A DNA stretch of 64,000 nucleotides. It comes from Candidatus Nanopelagicales bacterium. GTDB lineage: Bacteria > Actinomycetota > Actinomycetes > S36-B12 > JBBQYX01. The notes beneath the pieces were generated by a model. The model saw only the letters and a list, made by a program, of their open reading frames with translations. It searched no databases and was not told the origin of the DNA. The position numbers and the translations under genes were made by a program. Location of the stretch: NCBI GenBank assembly GCA_038208295.1, contig JBBQYX010000006.1, positions 15,437 through 79,436 of the forward strand, written 5' to 3'. Shown here in pieces: positions 27,103 to 36,042 of the stretch (position 1 is the stretch's first letter; every line of letters begins with the position of its first letter).

Positions 27103-28464
27103 GTGCGAGTCACCACCAAGGTCGGCGCTGCGATCGCCATCTGCGCCGCCGTCGGCGTCGTCGCGACGACGCTGCCCGCCTCCGCGGCCGCCGGTTGGAC
27201 CACCGGCAAACCCGTCATGATCGTCGGACAGGGCTCCGACACCAACTACGACGTCATGACGAAGCTGGACGCGTTGTACAACAACGCGCCCGGGTGCGGC
27301 GTCATCGCAAACCCCGGTGTGTCGATCGGCACGGCCGACCTGGGTTCCTGCATCGACCCGGCCACCGGCAAGGTTGCCACCCCCGACGCCAACGACGCCA
27401 TGTACCTCAATCCCCAGCACGACCAGGTGAACGAGGCGTTCCCGGTCGGTTCTGGCAGCGGCATCAAACTATTGGTCAACCAGGGCGGCGCCGGCGTACC
27501 GCAGGTCGACTTCGCCCGCTCCTCCCGGGGCCCCGGGACCGACGCGAAGACCACGAAGTTCGTGGCGTTCGCCCGTGACGGCGTCACCTGGTTCCACTTC
27601 ACCAAGGCCGCGGGGAAGTTCACCCCCTCCGCGCAGATCACGAACCTGACCCAGCAGCAACTCCTAGACGTCTTCACCGGCAAGACCACGAACTGGAAGG
27701 ACATCTCCTCGCTGGAGACGGTCCGGGTCACGAAGTACGTCGTGAAGCCGGTTTACCGCAAGGACCCCAAGACCGGACGTTTCGTCAAGGTGTTCAAGAA
27801 GGACGCGAAGACCGGCAAGGTGGTGCCCGTCACCTCCGTAGTCAAGACGTACGTGAATCAGCAGAAGACCATCACCGGCGGCGACGCCCCGATCAAGCTC
27901 TACATCGCACAGCCGGGCTCCGGCACGCTGTCGACATGGAACTCGTTCCTGGGTATCGGGACCGGCAGCAACGCGTACCCCACGGGTGACGCAGCGCCGA
28001 AGTCGATCTTCGAGAACAATGCCAACCCGATTGTGGACAATGGGGACGCGGCCAACGCCATCTTCTTCTTCTCAACCGGCCGGTACGCCCAGTCGGTCGG
28101 CAAGGCCGGCCAACTGGTGGGCAACTCCACCGGGCGGCCGAACTACACCGATGCGATCGGCAAGATCGCCGGTATCGCCCCGACCCCCGACACCATCGGC
28201 GGCAAGGACTTCCCCGGCTTCCGCAACCTCTACTTCGTGACCAACGACCCGGTCAAGGCGAACGTCGCCAACTACCTCGACCCGATCAACGGCTTCCTGT
28301 GCGGGACCAAGTCCGAGACCGTGAAGAACGCCCAGGGCGCCACGTTCCGCAGCGTCATCGAGAAGACCATCGCGAGCGAGGGCTTCGTTCCGATCGTCAA
28401 GAAGACCATCACCGACGGCGCCGCCACTGGCAGCTCCTACTGCGAGGTCTCCCGGGTTTCCTGA
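27103..28464 (+). CDS. Exported PstS-family binding-fold protein with Lys-rich insertion
   Basis: GTG at 27103 preceded by GAAGGGA. Signal peptide ending PASAAA. VGSGSGIKLL, FARSSRGPG, QPGSGTLSTW and LTQQQLLDVFTGKTTNWKDI parallel the PstS motifs. An insertion follows (KYVVKPVYRKDPKTGRFVKVFKKDAKTGKVVPV). Confidence 0.8.
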   Translation: MRVTTKVGAAIAICAAVGVVATTLPASAAAGWTTGKPVMIVGQGSDTNYDVMTKLDALYNNAPGCGVIANPGVSIGTADLGSCIDPATGKVATPDANDAMYLNPQHDQVNEAFPVGSGSGIKLLVNQGGAGVPQVDFARSSRGPGTDAKTTKFVAFARDGVTWFHFTKAAGKFTPSAQITNLTQQQLLDVFTGKTTNWKDISSLETVRVTKYVVKPVYRKDPKTGRFVKVFKKDAKTGKVVPVTSVVKTYVNQQKTITGGDAPIKLYIAQPGSGTLSTWNSFLGIGTGSNAYPTGDAAPKSIFENNANPIVDNGDAANAIFFFSTGRYAQSVGKAGQLVGNSTGRPNYTDAIGKIAGIAPTPDTIGGKDFPGFRNLYFVTNDPVKANVANYLDPINGFLCGTKSETVKNAQGATFRSVIEKTIASEGFVPIVKKTITDGAATGSSYCEVSRVS

Positions 28465-28503
28465 GCACTCCTGATCACCCGGCGGCCCAGTCCCGCCAAT
28501 AGT

Positions 28504-28546
28504 GACAAGGGCCGGTCCCCCCGCCAACGGGAGACCGGCCCTTGTC
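28504..28546. terminator. Bidirectional hairpin between convergent genes
   Basis: gacaagggccggtc (28504-28517) pairs perfectly with gaccggcccttgtc (28533-28546). It sits between the stop at 28464 (+) and the stop at 28564 (-). Confidence 0.55.
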
Positions 28547-28563
28547 GTACAGATGGGCCGCGA

Positions 28564-29298
28564 CTAGCGGGCTACCTGGAGGTCCTCGGCCAGGGTGGCC
28601 AGCGTGGTCTCGTCGGCCCGCGGCGGGACGAACCGGTAGCCGACGTTTCGGACGGTCCCGATCAGTTGGTCGTGCTCGATCCCGAGCTTGGCGCGCAGCC
28701 GCCGAACGTGGACATCCACGGTTCGCGTCCCGCCGAAGTAGTCGTAACCCCAGACCTCCTGCAGCAACTGCGCCCGGGTGAAGACACGACCCGGGTGCTG
28801 GGCCAGGAACTTGATGAGCTCGAACTCCTTGAACGTCAGGTCGAGGGTCCGCGACCGGATCCGGGCGGTGTAGGTGGCCTCGTCGATCACCAGCTCGCCG
28901 GACCGGATCTCGTCCGGCGGCTCGTCCGGCACCTGGTCGCGGGTCGCGGCCAGCCGACCGGCGGCGAACCGCAACCGGGCCTCGACCTCGGCGGGACCAG
29001 CCGAGTCCAGCAGCACCTCGTCGACCCCCCAGTCGGCGTGCACCCCGACAATGCCCCCCTCGGTGACCACCAGCAGCACCGGGACGTCGACGCCGGTCTG
29101 TCGGATCAGCCGGGTCAGGGACCGTACGTGCGGCAGGTCGCGCCGCCCGTCGACCAGGATCGCGTCCACGTGCGGGGCGTCCAGCAGCGCGCTGCCCTCT
29201 GCCGGCATGGCGCGCACCTGATGGGTCAGCAGGCCCAGCGCCGGCAGCACCTCGGTGGAGGGCACCATCGCGTTGGTCAGCAGCAGCAGTCGGCTCAT
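28564..29298 (-). CDS. glnR: GlnR, orphan OmpR-family global nitrogen regulator
   Basis: [24 protein letters not shown]... and the C-terminal [51 protein letters not shown] closely match the Streptomyces GlnR sequence as I recall it. No cognate kinase is adjacent. Confidence 0.85.
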   Translation of the reverse strand: MSRLLLLTNAMVPSTEVLPALGLLTHQVRAMPAEGSALLDAPHVDAILVDGRRDLPHVRSLTRLIRQTGVDVPVLLVVTEGGIVGVHADWGVDEVLLDSAGPAEVEARLRFAAGRLAATRDQVPDEPPDEIRSGELVIDEATYTARIRSRTLDLTFKEFELIKFLAQHPGRVFTRAQLLQEVWGYDYFGGTRTVDVHVRRLRAKLGIEHDQLIGTVRNVGYRFVPPRADETTLATLAEDLQVAR

Positions 29299-29402
29299 GC
29301 CACGCCCTTCTCGACGACGGCCCCACGAGGCCCTGGCACTCGGGGATACGGCAAGGGACCCGCGGCGCCATCGCCTGGATCCCGGGGTGAGAATAGCCCA
29401 CC

Positions 29403-30296
29403 ATGTCTGCCCAGGCTCTGCGCGCAGTCGATCACCAGCGCTCCGATGACCCGCAGCAGCGCACGCTGCTGACCGGCGACGGCGTACGGATCAGTGCCGT
29501 GCACTGGCCCGGCATTTCACCGCTGGGGCAGGCCGCCGGGCCCAGCACCGCCGTCGTCGTGGCGCACGGTTTCGGCGGCTCGCTCGGACGGCCCATCCTC
29601 GGTACGGTGCTGGACCGGTTCGCGGGCCACGGCCTGGGCGTGCTGGGTTTCGACTTCCGGGGCCACGGGCGGTCCGCCGGGCGCTGCACGCTGGGCGACC
29701 GGGAGGTCCAGGACCTGACGGCAGTGATCGCATGGGCTCGGGTCCTGGGTTATCGCCGGGTAGCGGTGGTCGGGTTCTCCATGGGCGCCTCGGTGGCCGT
29801 CCGCACCGCCGGCCTCGTGGGCGGCGTCGACGCGGTCGTCAGCGTCAGTGGCCCGGCGTTCTGGTATTACCGCGGCACGATCATCATGAGGCGGCTGCAC
29901 TGGGCCGTCGATCATCGCGCGGGCCGCGCGTACATCCGCTCAATCCTGCGTACCCGGCTGGACGACGAGCAGTGGCCCACGCCGCCACCGATGCCACCCG
30001 TCGAGGCCGCTGCTCTGATCGCACCCACACCGCTGCTGATCGTGCATGGCACGGCGGATGCCTTCTTCCCGCTGGAGCATCCGCGGGCGCTGTACGCCGC
30101 AGCTCAGTGCGGGACGAGCCGCTCCGGTGGCCCGCAACCGCAACTGTGGATGGAGCCGTTCGGACACGCCGAGGCAGCGGCGCCGGGCCCGCTGTTGGAC
30201 CGCATCGCCAGCTGGATCGAGAAGGTGATCGACATGGACATCGACGATGACACGACGCATGGCGCATCCCGCGGGCAGCAGCGGTTTGCCTCATGA
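29403..30296 (+). CDS. Alpha/beta-fold hydrolase
   Basis: VVAHGFGGS oxyanion region, nucleophile elbow GFSMGA, and a late HG..D..F/H pattern. Confidence 0.8.
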   Translation: MSAQALRAVDHQRSDDPQQRTLLTGDGVRISAVHWPGISPLGQAAGPSTAVVVAHGFGGSLGRPILGTVLDRFAGHGLGVLGFDFRGHGRSAGRCTLGDREVQDLTAVIAWARVLGYRRVAVVGFSMGASVAVRTAGLVGGVDAVVSVSGPAFWYYRGTIIMRRLHWAVDHRAGRAYIRSILRTRLDDEQWPTPPPMPPVEAAALIAPTPLLIVHGTADAFFPLEHPRALYAAAQCGTSRSGGPQPQLWMEPFGHAEAAAPGPLLDRIASWIEKVIDMDIDDDTTHGASRGQQRFAS

Positions 30297-30589
30297 GCGA
30301 GCCCACCGGCCCGGCACCGGCTGAGTGCCGGGCTGACTGCACCGTGCGGTACTGGGCCGCCGCCCGGGCAGCCGCCGGCTGTGCCGAGGAGCAATACCCC
30401 TGCCCGCCCTATCTGGGTGACCTGCTGGCTGCGATCCGCGCTCGGCATGACTCACCCCAGTTGGCCGCCGTCCTCGCCGTGTGCTCTTACCTGATCGACG
30501 GCGCCCCCGTCGGCAGCCGCGACCCGGCCTGGCTCGCACTGCCGCCCGGCGCGGTCGTGGAGGCGCTGCCCCCCTTCGCCGGGGGCTGA
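30293..30589 (+). CDS. MoaD/ThiS-family small sulfur-carrier-like protein (C-terminal Gly-Gly)
   Basis: 98 aa ending PPFAGG. The start overlaps the hydrolase stop (ATGA). Confidence 0.7.
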   Translation: MSEPTGPAPAECRADCTVRYWAAARAAAGCAEEQYPCPPYLGDLLAAIRARHDSPQLAAVLAVCSYLIDGAPVGSRDPAWLALPPGAVVEALPPFAGG

Positions 30590-30644
30590 CTTTCACGACG
30601 TTCTCACCACGGCTTCCGGAGGCTGCGGCTCGTAGTCTGCGGGC

Positions 30645-31007
30645 ATGCCCCGTTCCCTCGTGGTCAAGGTCACTGCCGGGTCCGATGCGCCGGAACGCTG
30701 TAGCCAGGGATTCACCGTCGCGGCGACGGCTGCCCTGGCGGATGTCGACATCTCTTTGTGGCTGGTGGGCGAGGCCGCGTGGCTGGCCATCCCAGGCCGG
30801 GCGGAGCGGTTCGTCCTGCCCTTCGCCACCCCGATGGCCGAACTGCTCGGCACCGTCCTGGAGTCGGGCACGGTGACCGTATGCACCCAGTGCGCGCAGC
30901 GGCGGGGTATCGAGCCGGCGCACCTCATCGGCGGGATCCGGATCGGTGGGACGGCCGGCTACCTTGAGGAGATCCTGCGACCCGGGGCCCAGGCCGTCGT
31001 CTATTGA
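30645..31007 (+). CDS. DsrE/DsrF-like sulfur-relay family protein
   Basis: 120 aa. The N-terminal SLVVKVTAGSDAPERCSQGF pattern and the size are typical of the DsrE family. Confidence 0.7.
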   Translation: MPRSLVVKVTAGSDAPERCSQGFTVAATAALADVDISLWLVGEAAWLAIPGRAERFVLPFATPMAELLGTVLESGTVTVCTQCAQRRGIEPAHLIGGIRIGGTAGYLEEILRPGAQAVVY

Positions 31008-31026
31008 ACCGGACCTCCCGGCTAGA

Positions 31027-31137
31027 GTGTCCGGCGTGGTCGAAGCCTTCTATACGACGATTCTGGTCCTGGTGAGCCTGCTCATCGTGTGGTTCGCGGG
31101 CTACGTCGTCTTCAAGCTGTACAAGGGCCAGGCCTGA
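31027..31137 (+). CDS. Possible tiny single-TM protein
   Basis: GTG at 31027 or 31036. Encodes VVEAFYTTILVLVSLLIVWFAGYVVFKLYKGQA and ends one nt before the next gene. Support is ORF and hydrophobicity only. Confidence 0.3.
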   Translation: MSGVVEAFYTTILVLVSLLIVWFAGYVVFKLYKGQA

Positions 31138-31680
31138 GTGAGCCAGGTCGACGCGCCGGAGCCTGCCGCAGCGGCGGTGCCCCCGGCTCTGCTGCCGTGG
31201 TCATGGCTGATCGGCCGCTGGCTCGGCGTCGGTTTGGGGCAATACCCCACCATCGAGGATTTCCGCTTCGGCCAGGAGGTCCAGTTCGCCACCGACGGTC
31301 GGCCCCTGCTTACGTACTGGTCGCGGACCTGGCTGCTTGATGAGCACGGTGATCGGGTCCGTCCGCTGGCCAGTGAGACCGGATTCTGGCGCCCCCAACC
31401 GGACAATCAGATCGAGGTCGTGCTGGCCCATGGCAGCGGTTTCGCCGAGGTCTGGTACGGGAGTCTCACCGTCACCGGAATGGACAATGCCGTCATCACC
31501 GGGGCCCGGGCTGAACTGCACACCGATGTCGTGGCCCGCACCGGGTCCGCCAAGGAGGTCACGGCCGGTCACCGGCTGTACGGCCTGGTCGAGGGCGATC
31601 TGCTCTGGACCTACGACATGGCGGCGGTGGGCCAACCGCTGCAGAACCACCTGTCCACCCGACTGCAGTTGGCTGATTGA
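31138..31680 (+). CDS. Nitrobindin / FABP-family (DUF1794) heme-binding beta-barrel protein
   Basis: LLPWSWLIGRWLGVGLGQYPTIEDFRFGQEVQFATDGRPLLTYWSRTW matches the actinobacterial nitrobindin (Rv2717c-like) N-terminal signature. Confidence 0.8.
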   Translation: MSQVDAPEPAAAAVPPALLPWSWLIGRWLGVGLGQYPTIEDFRFGQEVQFATDGRPLLTYWSRTWLLDEHGDRVRPLASETGFWRPQPDNQIEVVLAHGSGFAEVWYGSLTVTGMDNAVITGARAELHTDVVARTGSAKEVTAGHRLYGLVEGDLLWTYDMAAVGQPLQNHLSTRLQLAD

Positions 31681-31689
31681 TCTGCAGCC

Positions 31690-32220
31690 ATGACCGGCTC
31701 CCGGGAGACCGATGCAGCGGCAGTCCCTGCCCGAAGTGGTGCGGTCGAGGACTGGCGTCGACGGCTGCGTGCTCATGGATACCGCATCACTCCACAGCGG
31801 CAGCTGGTGCTCGCGGCGGTCAATCGGCTGAAGCACGCGAGCCCGGAGCAGATCCTCAGCGAGGTTCAGCTCACCGCACCCAATGTGAATCTGTCCACCG
31901 TCTACCGCACTCTGGACGTCCTGGAATCCGTACGCCTGGTGACCCATGCGCACATCGAGCACCGGGCCCCGACCTATCACTCCGTCGACGACCGGCCGCA
32001 CATCCACCTCGTCTGTGATCACTGCCACGAGGTCCAGGGTGTGCCGGGTGCGATCGCCGAGCCGCTGTCCGCGGCCCTTCAGCAGGACTGGGGTTTCGGC
32101 CTGGAAGTCGGGCACATCGCACTGCACGGCAGGTGCGCCGACTGTGCCGGGTCAGCGGAATCCCTTGCGGCGGCGGTAGAACCGGGTAGGCCCGGTGCGG
32201 GCGCAGTGGAATCCGGGTAG
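31690..32220 (+). CDS. Fur-family metalloregulator
   Basis: RITPQRQLVL..., LSTVYRTLDVL (wHTH), and HLVCDHCHEV ... HGRCADC (two CxxC). Confidence 0.85.
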   Translation: MTGSRETDAAAVPARSGAVEDWRRRLRAHGYRITPQRQLVLAAVNRLKHASPEQILSEVQLTAPNVNLSTVYRTLDVLESVRLVTHAHIEHRAPTYHSVDDRPHIHLVCDHCHEVQGVPGAIAEPLSAALQQDWGFGLEVGHIALHGRCADCAGSAESLAAAVEPGRPGAGAVESG

Positions 32221-32334
32221 TCCCGCTTGGTCCGGGCTGCTGCCGTGGCCTCGGTAAGTCCGGTGCCGCACCGACGGCATACAACCAGCCACCTGACCTG
32301 ACCTGACCAGCCACATGACCTGCGAGGTGCCACG

Positions 32335-33393
32335 ATGACCAGCAACCCGGGACAAGCCGGCCCGAGCCTGGACCTGCCTGGCGCATGCCCGGCCACGGAC
32401 ACCAGTGCGGACCTGGGCGTGGCGTGGCACTACGGCGATCCGCATGCCGAGCAACGGACCCTGCTCGCAGGTGCCGGCATCGTTGACCTGTCCCACCACG
32501 GCGTGGTCCGCGTGACCGGTCCGGACCGGCTGACCTGGCTGCACGATCTGACCACCGGATGGCTGCGGGACCTACCGGCCGGCGCCAGCGCCCTGGCCCT
32601 GATCCTCGACCCGCATGGCCACGTCGAGCATGAATTGCACGTCGTCGACGACGGGACGAGCAGCTGGTTGATGGTCGAACCGGGCACCGCGGCGGACCTG
32701 ATCGCCTACCTGGACTCGATGCGTTTCCTGCTCCGCGTGGAGGTCTCCGACGCCGCCTCCCAGTGGGCGGTCCTCGGGCTGCCGGAGATCGCCCAGCCGC
32801 CCGAGCAGGCATTGTCCTGGTTGATGCCGGCGGAGTGGCGGGGCACCGGTCACACCGACGCCGGGTCGGATGCGGGCGGGGACGCCTCGCGCTATGTCCC
32901 GCAGCGCCCCGATGTCATGCCCGTACGGGAGATCCTGGTCCCCCGAACCGCCGCGGCCGACCTGCTGACCGGTGACCTGCGCCCGGTCGGTACCTGGGCG
33001 TGGGAGGCACTGCGGGTGGCGGCTGCGATCCCCCGGCTGAATCACGAGACCGATCACCGCACCCTGCCGCACGAGGTCGGCTGGGTAGGTCCGGCCGTCC
33101 ACCTGGCGAAGGGGTGTTACCGCGGCCAGGAGGCCGTGGCCCGAGTGCACAACCTGGGCCGCCCGCCGCGCCGACTGGTGCTGCTGCACCTGGACGGAAG
33201 CCTGGAGCAGGTGCCCGCGCACGCCGATCCCGTCCGACACGGCGGCCGGGACATCGGCTGGGTTGCCAGCGTGGCCCGCCACCACGAGCTCGGCCCGATC
33301 GCCACGGCGGTGATTCGGCGTTCGACGCCCATTGCTGACCCGTTGGCCGTCGGGCCGGTCTCCGCCACCCAGGAGGTCGTCGTTGCTGGGTGA
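32335..33393 (+). CDS. ygfZ: YgfZ/GcvT-like folate-binding protein
   Basis: DLSHHGVVRVTGPDRLTWLH and the C-terminal KGCYRGQE motif are characteristic of YgfZ. Confidence 0.85.
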   Translation: MTSNPGQAGPSLDLPGACPATDTSADLGVAWHYGDPHAEQRTLLAGAGIVDLSHHGVVRVTGPDRLTWLHDLTTGWLRDLPAGASALALILDPHGHVEHELHVVDDGTSSWLMVEPGTAADLIAYLDSMRFLLRVEVSDAASQWAVLGLPEIAQPPEQALSWLMPAEWRGTGHTDAGSDAGGDASRYVPQRPDVMPVREILVPRTAAADLLTGDLRPVGTWAWEALRVAAAIPRLNHETDHRTLPHEVGWVGPAVHLAKGCYRGQEAVARVHNLGRPPRRLVLLHLDGSLEQVPAHADPVRHGGRDIGWVASVARHHELGPIATAVIRRSTPIADPLAVGPVSATQEVVVAG

Positions 33394-33421
33394 TTCCGTG
33401 GTGTGGCAAGCGCCCGTCGGG

Positions 33422-35875
33422 TCAGCGGAAGAAGCCCCGCCGCTGCTTGCGGGTCTCGCGCTGCGGGGTCGCCGACCGGACGGTGGTCGGGCGACCGGGG
33501 GCCGCTGCACGCGGCTCCTCGGCACCGAAGCCACCGAGACTGGACAGTTCCCGGAGCAGCGCGGCGGTGTCGGTCTGGTCGTCACGGGCCCCGCTGCCGT
33601 CCTGCATCCCGGACAGGCCGGCGCGCTCCTGGGGCTCGGCAACTGCCGCGGTAGGGGACACCTCGGGGGCCGGCTGCTCGGGCGCCGCCGGGGCGTCCAA
33701 CGACAGTTCGTGCAACAGCGCGGCAACCTGGGCGGCTGATACGGGACTCGGCACCACCGCGTGCTGGAATCCGTCACCGGGGGAGGACGGCTGGGGCGGC
33801 GCGCCATGCGCTGCGTCGATGAGGACGGGACGTCCGGGTCCGGTCGGCACCGCCGCGGGAGCGACCGCAGGGGCAGCCGATCCACTGGGAACGTTGGCTG
33901 CTGAGTCGTTCACGGCACGGTCCGCTGCCGGCTGGATCCCGACCTGGAACTCTTCGCTCGCAGCCATGTCCGTCAACTGCTCAGCAGCTGTCTCGACAGT
34001 GCCGTCGACTGCAGTGCCGTCGACTGCAGTGCCGTCGGCAGGGGCGTCAGCTGCTGCCGCGGTCGGCCCGCGCTCGTGGGCGCCGTGCCGGACATCGGCG
34101 GGGTCGCAGAAGAGCTGATCGGCGGGTGCCGGGACATCCGCCGTGCTTGGCGTCTGGTCCAGCTGGGTCGCCACGAGCGCTGTCGCGCCCAGGTCAGCCT
34201 CGTCCAGCGCCGTGTTGTCCAGTCCTGTCTCGCCCGGTGCTGTCGCGTCCAGCTCAGCCTCGTCCAGCGCCGTGTTGTCCAGTGCTGTCTCGCCCGGTGC
34301 TGTCGCGTCCACCTCGGTCTCGACGCACGCCGTACCGACCGGTGCTGTCGCGTCCAGCTCGGTCTCGACGCTCGCCGTCTCGTCCAGCGTCTCGATTGGC
34401 CCGGTGTCGGCGCGCCCCGTCTCGTCGTTCCCGGCCGCTTCGACAAACGGTGTCTGGTCGAGGTGCTCGGCGACGTGCTGATCGTCCTCGTTCTCATCGG
34501 TCGAGACCTGCTGGGGAGCACTCTCCTCGACCGGAATCTGTTGTGCCGCAGCTTCTTCGACCGAGGACTGCAGTGCCGCACTCCCATCGGCCGGGAACGC
34601 CGGCGCCACGCTCTCGTCGGCCAGGGCCTGCTGCGCCACGCTCTCGTCGACCGAGAGTGGCTGGGCCGCAGTCTCGTCGGCGGCGTTCTCGTCGACCGGA
34701 ATCTCGGCGACCGGAACTTCGTCGGCGGCGTTCTCGTCGGACGCCAGCTCCGCCGACTCGGCGTCCCCCGAAGCCGTGCCATCGGAGGCCGCAATGTCGG
34801 AGGCCGCAGTGTCGCAGGCCGCATCGCGGGCGGTGAAGTCGAACGCATCCGCGTGCGCGGCCGGGTCACCGTTGGTTGCCCGCTCGCGATCGGACGCGTC
34901 CGTACCGATTGCGTTCACACTGCCCACGGCCGGCGCGGCCGACTCGCCGAACAGGCCGCCGAGGGCGGCTAGCGCCCAGGCGGCGTCGTCCACGACGTCT
35001 CGGTCGGGCCACGCCGGCTCCGTCATCGGCGCCGCGTCGCCATCCTCCGGCCGCAGGCACAGGACGTCCGCCAGCGCGGAATCGGAGAAGTCGGTGTCCC
35101 CGTCGTTCCAGTAGTCCCCGTCGACGTCGTCGTCCAACTCCACCAAGCCGGCATCGAGCAGCCCGCGGACCACCTCGGCGGCCTCGAAAATGGTGAAGCC
35201 ACAGTCGTAGGCCAGGTCCGTGACGGTGCGGCCACCGTCGACCTTGCATAGCAGCGACCAGTCCCCAGGCCCGAGCACCACGTCGGCCCCCGGCACCGAA
35301 CTGGTCGACAGCACCGGGACGCTGGAGGCGCCACCCAACTCGGCGAGCAGCAACTCCCAGCTGTCCCGCCGCTCCCGCGCCGCGGTGATCAACTGTCGGG
35401 CGTCTAGATGGATCTCTCGCGCGATGGTGCTGTCGAGGATCTCACCCGGCTCGCCCCCTTCGTCGAACCAGGCATCGGCAGCGGTCTGCCGGACCAGTTC
35501 GGCGACCTGGTCCACGATCTCCTCGGTCAGGTATTCCAGGACGACCGCGCGGTCCACATACCCCTCGGTGCTGAGCAGGTCCACCAAAGCTGGGCTCGGG
35601 CGTCGGGCGGCCCGCTCATCCAGTGCCGACTCCAGCGCCTGCGGGCTCAGGACCCCCGCGGAGACCATGCGCAGGCCGAGGTCGGGGCGTCGACCGGGGA
35701 CATCAGCGGCGACCACCGCGCCGATCCGCAACCAGACCCGCGCCTGTCCAGCGGGGGTGGCCGGCACCACGATGGCGCCGGTGGCCTCGTCATGAGACAG
35801 CCGGTGCAGCAGTGCCTCGAAGGCAGGTTCGACCGAGGCCTTCAGGCCGGTGCGTACATAACCATCCACGGTCAT
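33422..35875 (-). CDS. DUF4388-like N-terminal domains followed by a ~450-aa acidic tandem-repeat region and a basic C-terminus
   Basis: ATG at 35875 (MTVDGYV) in ORF 33422..36022. The N-terminal 270 aa are globular. The rest is D/E/A/T-rich with 20-aa and 5-aa repeats. The tail is LLRELSSLGG...RKQRRGFFR. Confidence 0.7.
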   Translation of the reverse strand: MTVDGYVRTGLKASVEPAFEALLHRLSHDEATGAIVVPATPAGQARVWLRIGAVVAADVPGRRPDLGLRMVSAGVLSPQALESALDERAARRPSPALVDLLSTEGYVDRAVVLEYLTEEIVDQVAELVRQTAADAWFDEGGEPGEILDSTIAREIHLDARQLITAARERRDSWELLLAELGGASSVPVLSTSSVPGADVVLGPGDWSLLCKVDGGRTVTDLAYDCGFTIFEAAEVVRGLLDAGLVELDDDVDGDYWNDGDTDFSDSALADVLCLRPEDGDAAPMTEPAWPDRDVVDDAAWALAALGGLFGESAAPAVGSVNAIGTDASDRERATNGDPAAHADAFDFTARDAACDTAASDIAASDGTASGDAESAELASDENAADEVPVAEIPVDENAADETAAQPLSVDESVAQQALADESVAPAFPADGSAALQSSVEEAAAQQIPVEESAPQQVSTDENEDDQHVAEHLDQTPFVEAAGNDETGRADTGPIETLDETASVETELDATAPVGTACVETEVDATAPGETALDNTALDEAELDATAPGETGLDNTALDEADLGATALVATQLDQTPSTADVPAPADQLFCDPADVRHGAHERGPTAAAADAPADGTAVDGTAVDGTVETAAEQLTDMAASEEFQVGIQPAADRAVNDSAANVPSGSAAPAVAPAAVPTGPGRPVLIDAAHGAPPQPSSPGDGFQHAVVPSPVSAAQVAALLHELSLDAPAAPEQPAPEVSPTAAVAEPQERAGLSGMQDGSGARDDQTDTAALLRELSSLGGFGAEEPRAAAPGRPTTVRSATPQRETRKQRRGFFR
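33998..34042. repeat. 15-nt tandem repeat x3 (agtgccgtcgactgc) inside the acidic protein gene
   Basis: Direct reading of the sequence. Encodes (DGTAV)n on the minus strand. Confidence 0.9.
34181..34385. repeat. 60-nt tandem repeat (~3.4 copies) inside the acidic protein gene
   Basis: 34181-34240 and 34241-34300 are near identical, followed by 45-nt and partial copies. Encodes ATAPGETxLDNTALDEAxL-type 20-aa repeats. Confidence 0.9.
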
Positions 35876-36042
35876 GAGCACCTCCTTCGTGCTGCGGGCG
35901 AGCAGTGGTCCGGCCGGCCTGCGCCGGGCGTCGTCGACTGCCACGGTGTGCAGGCACCGTGGCAACAGCTGGGTCGTCGTGCCCGTGCATCGACGCCACC
36001 GGCGCGCTGTGTTGAACTTCACTACGCCGAAAGGGTGAGAGC

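Noticed and set aside
34076-35196. Plus-strand ORFs (298, 236, 112 and 106 aa) antisense to the acidic repeat protein
   Set aside because: Repeat-driven open frames with Arg/Pro-rich translations and no start context.
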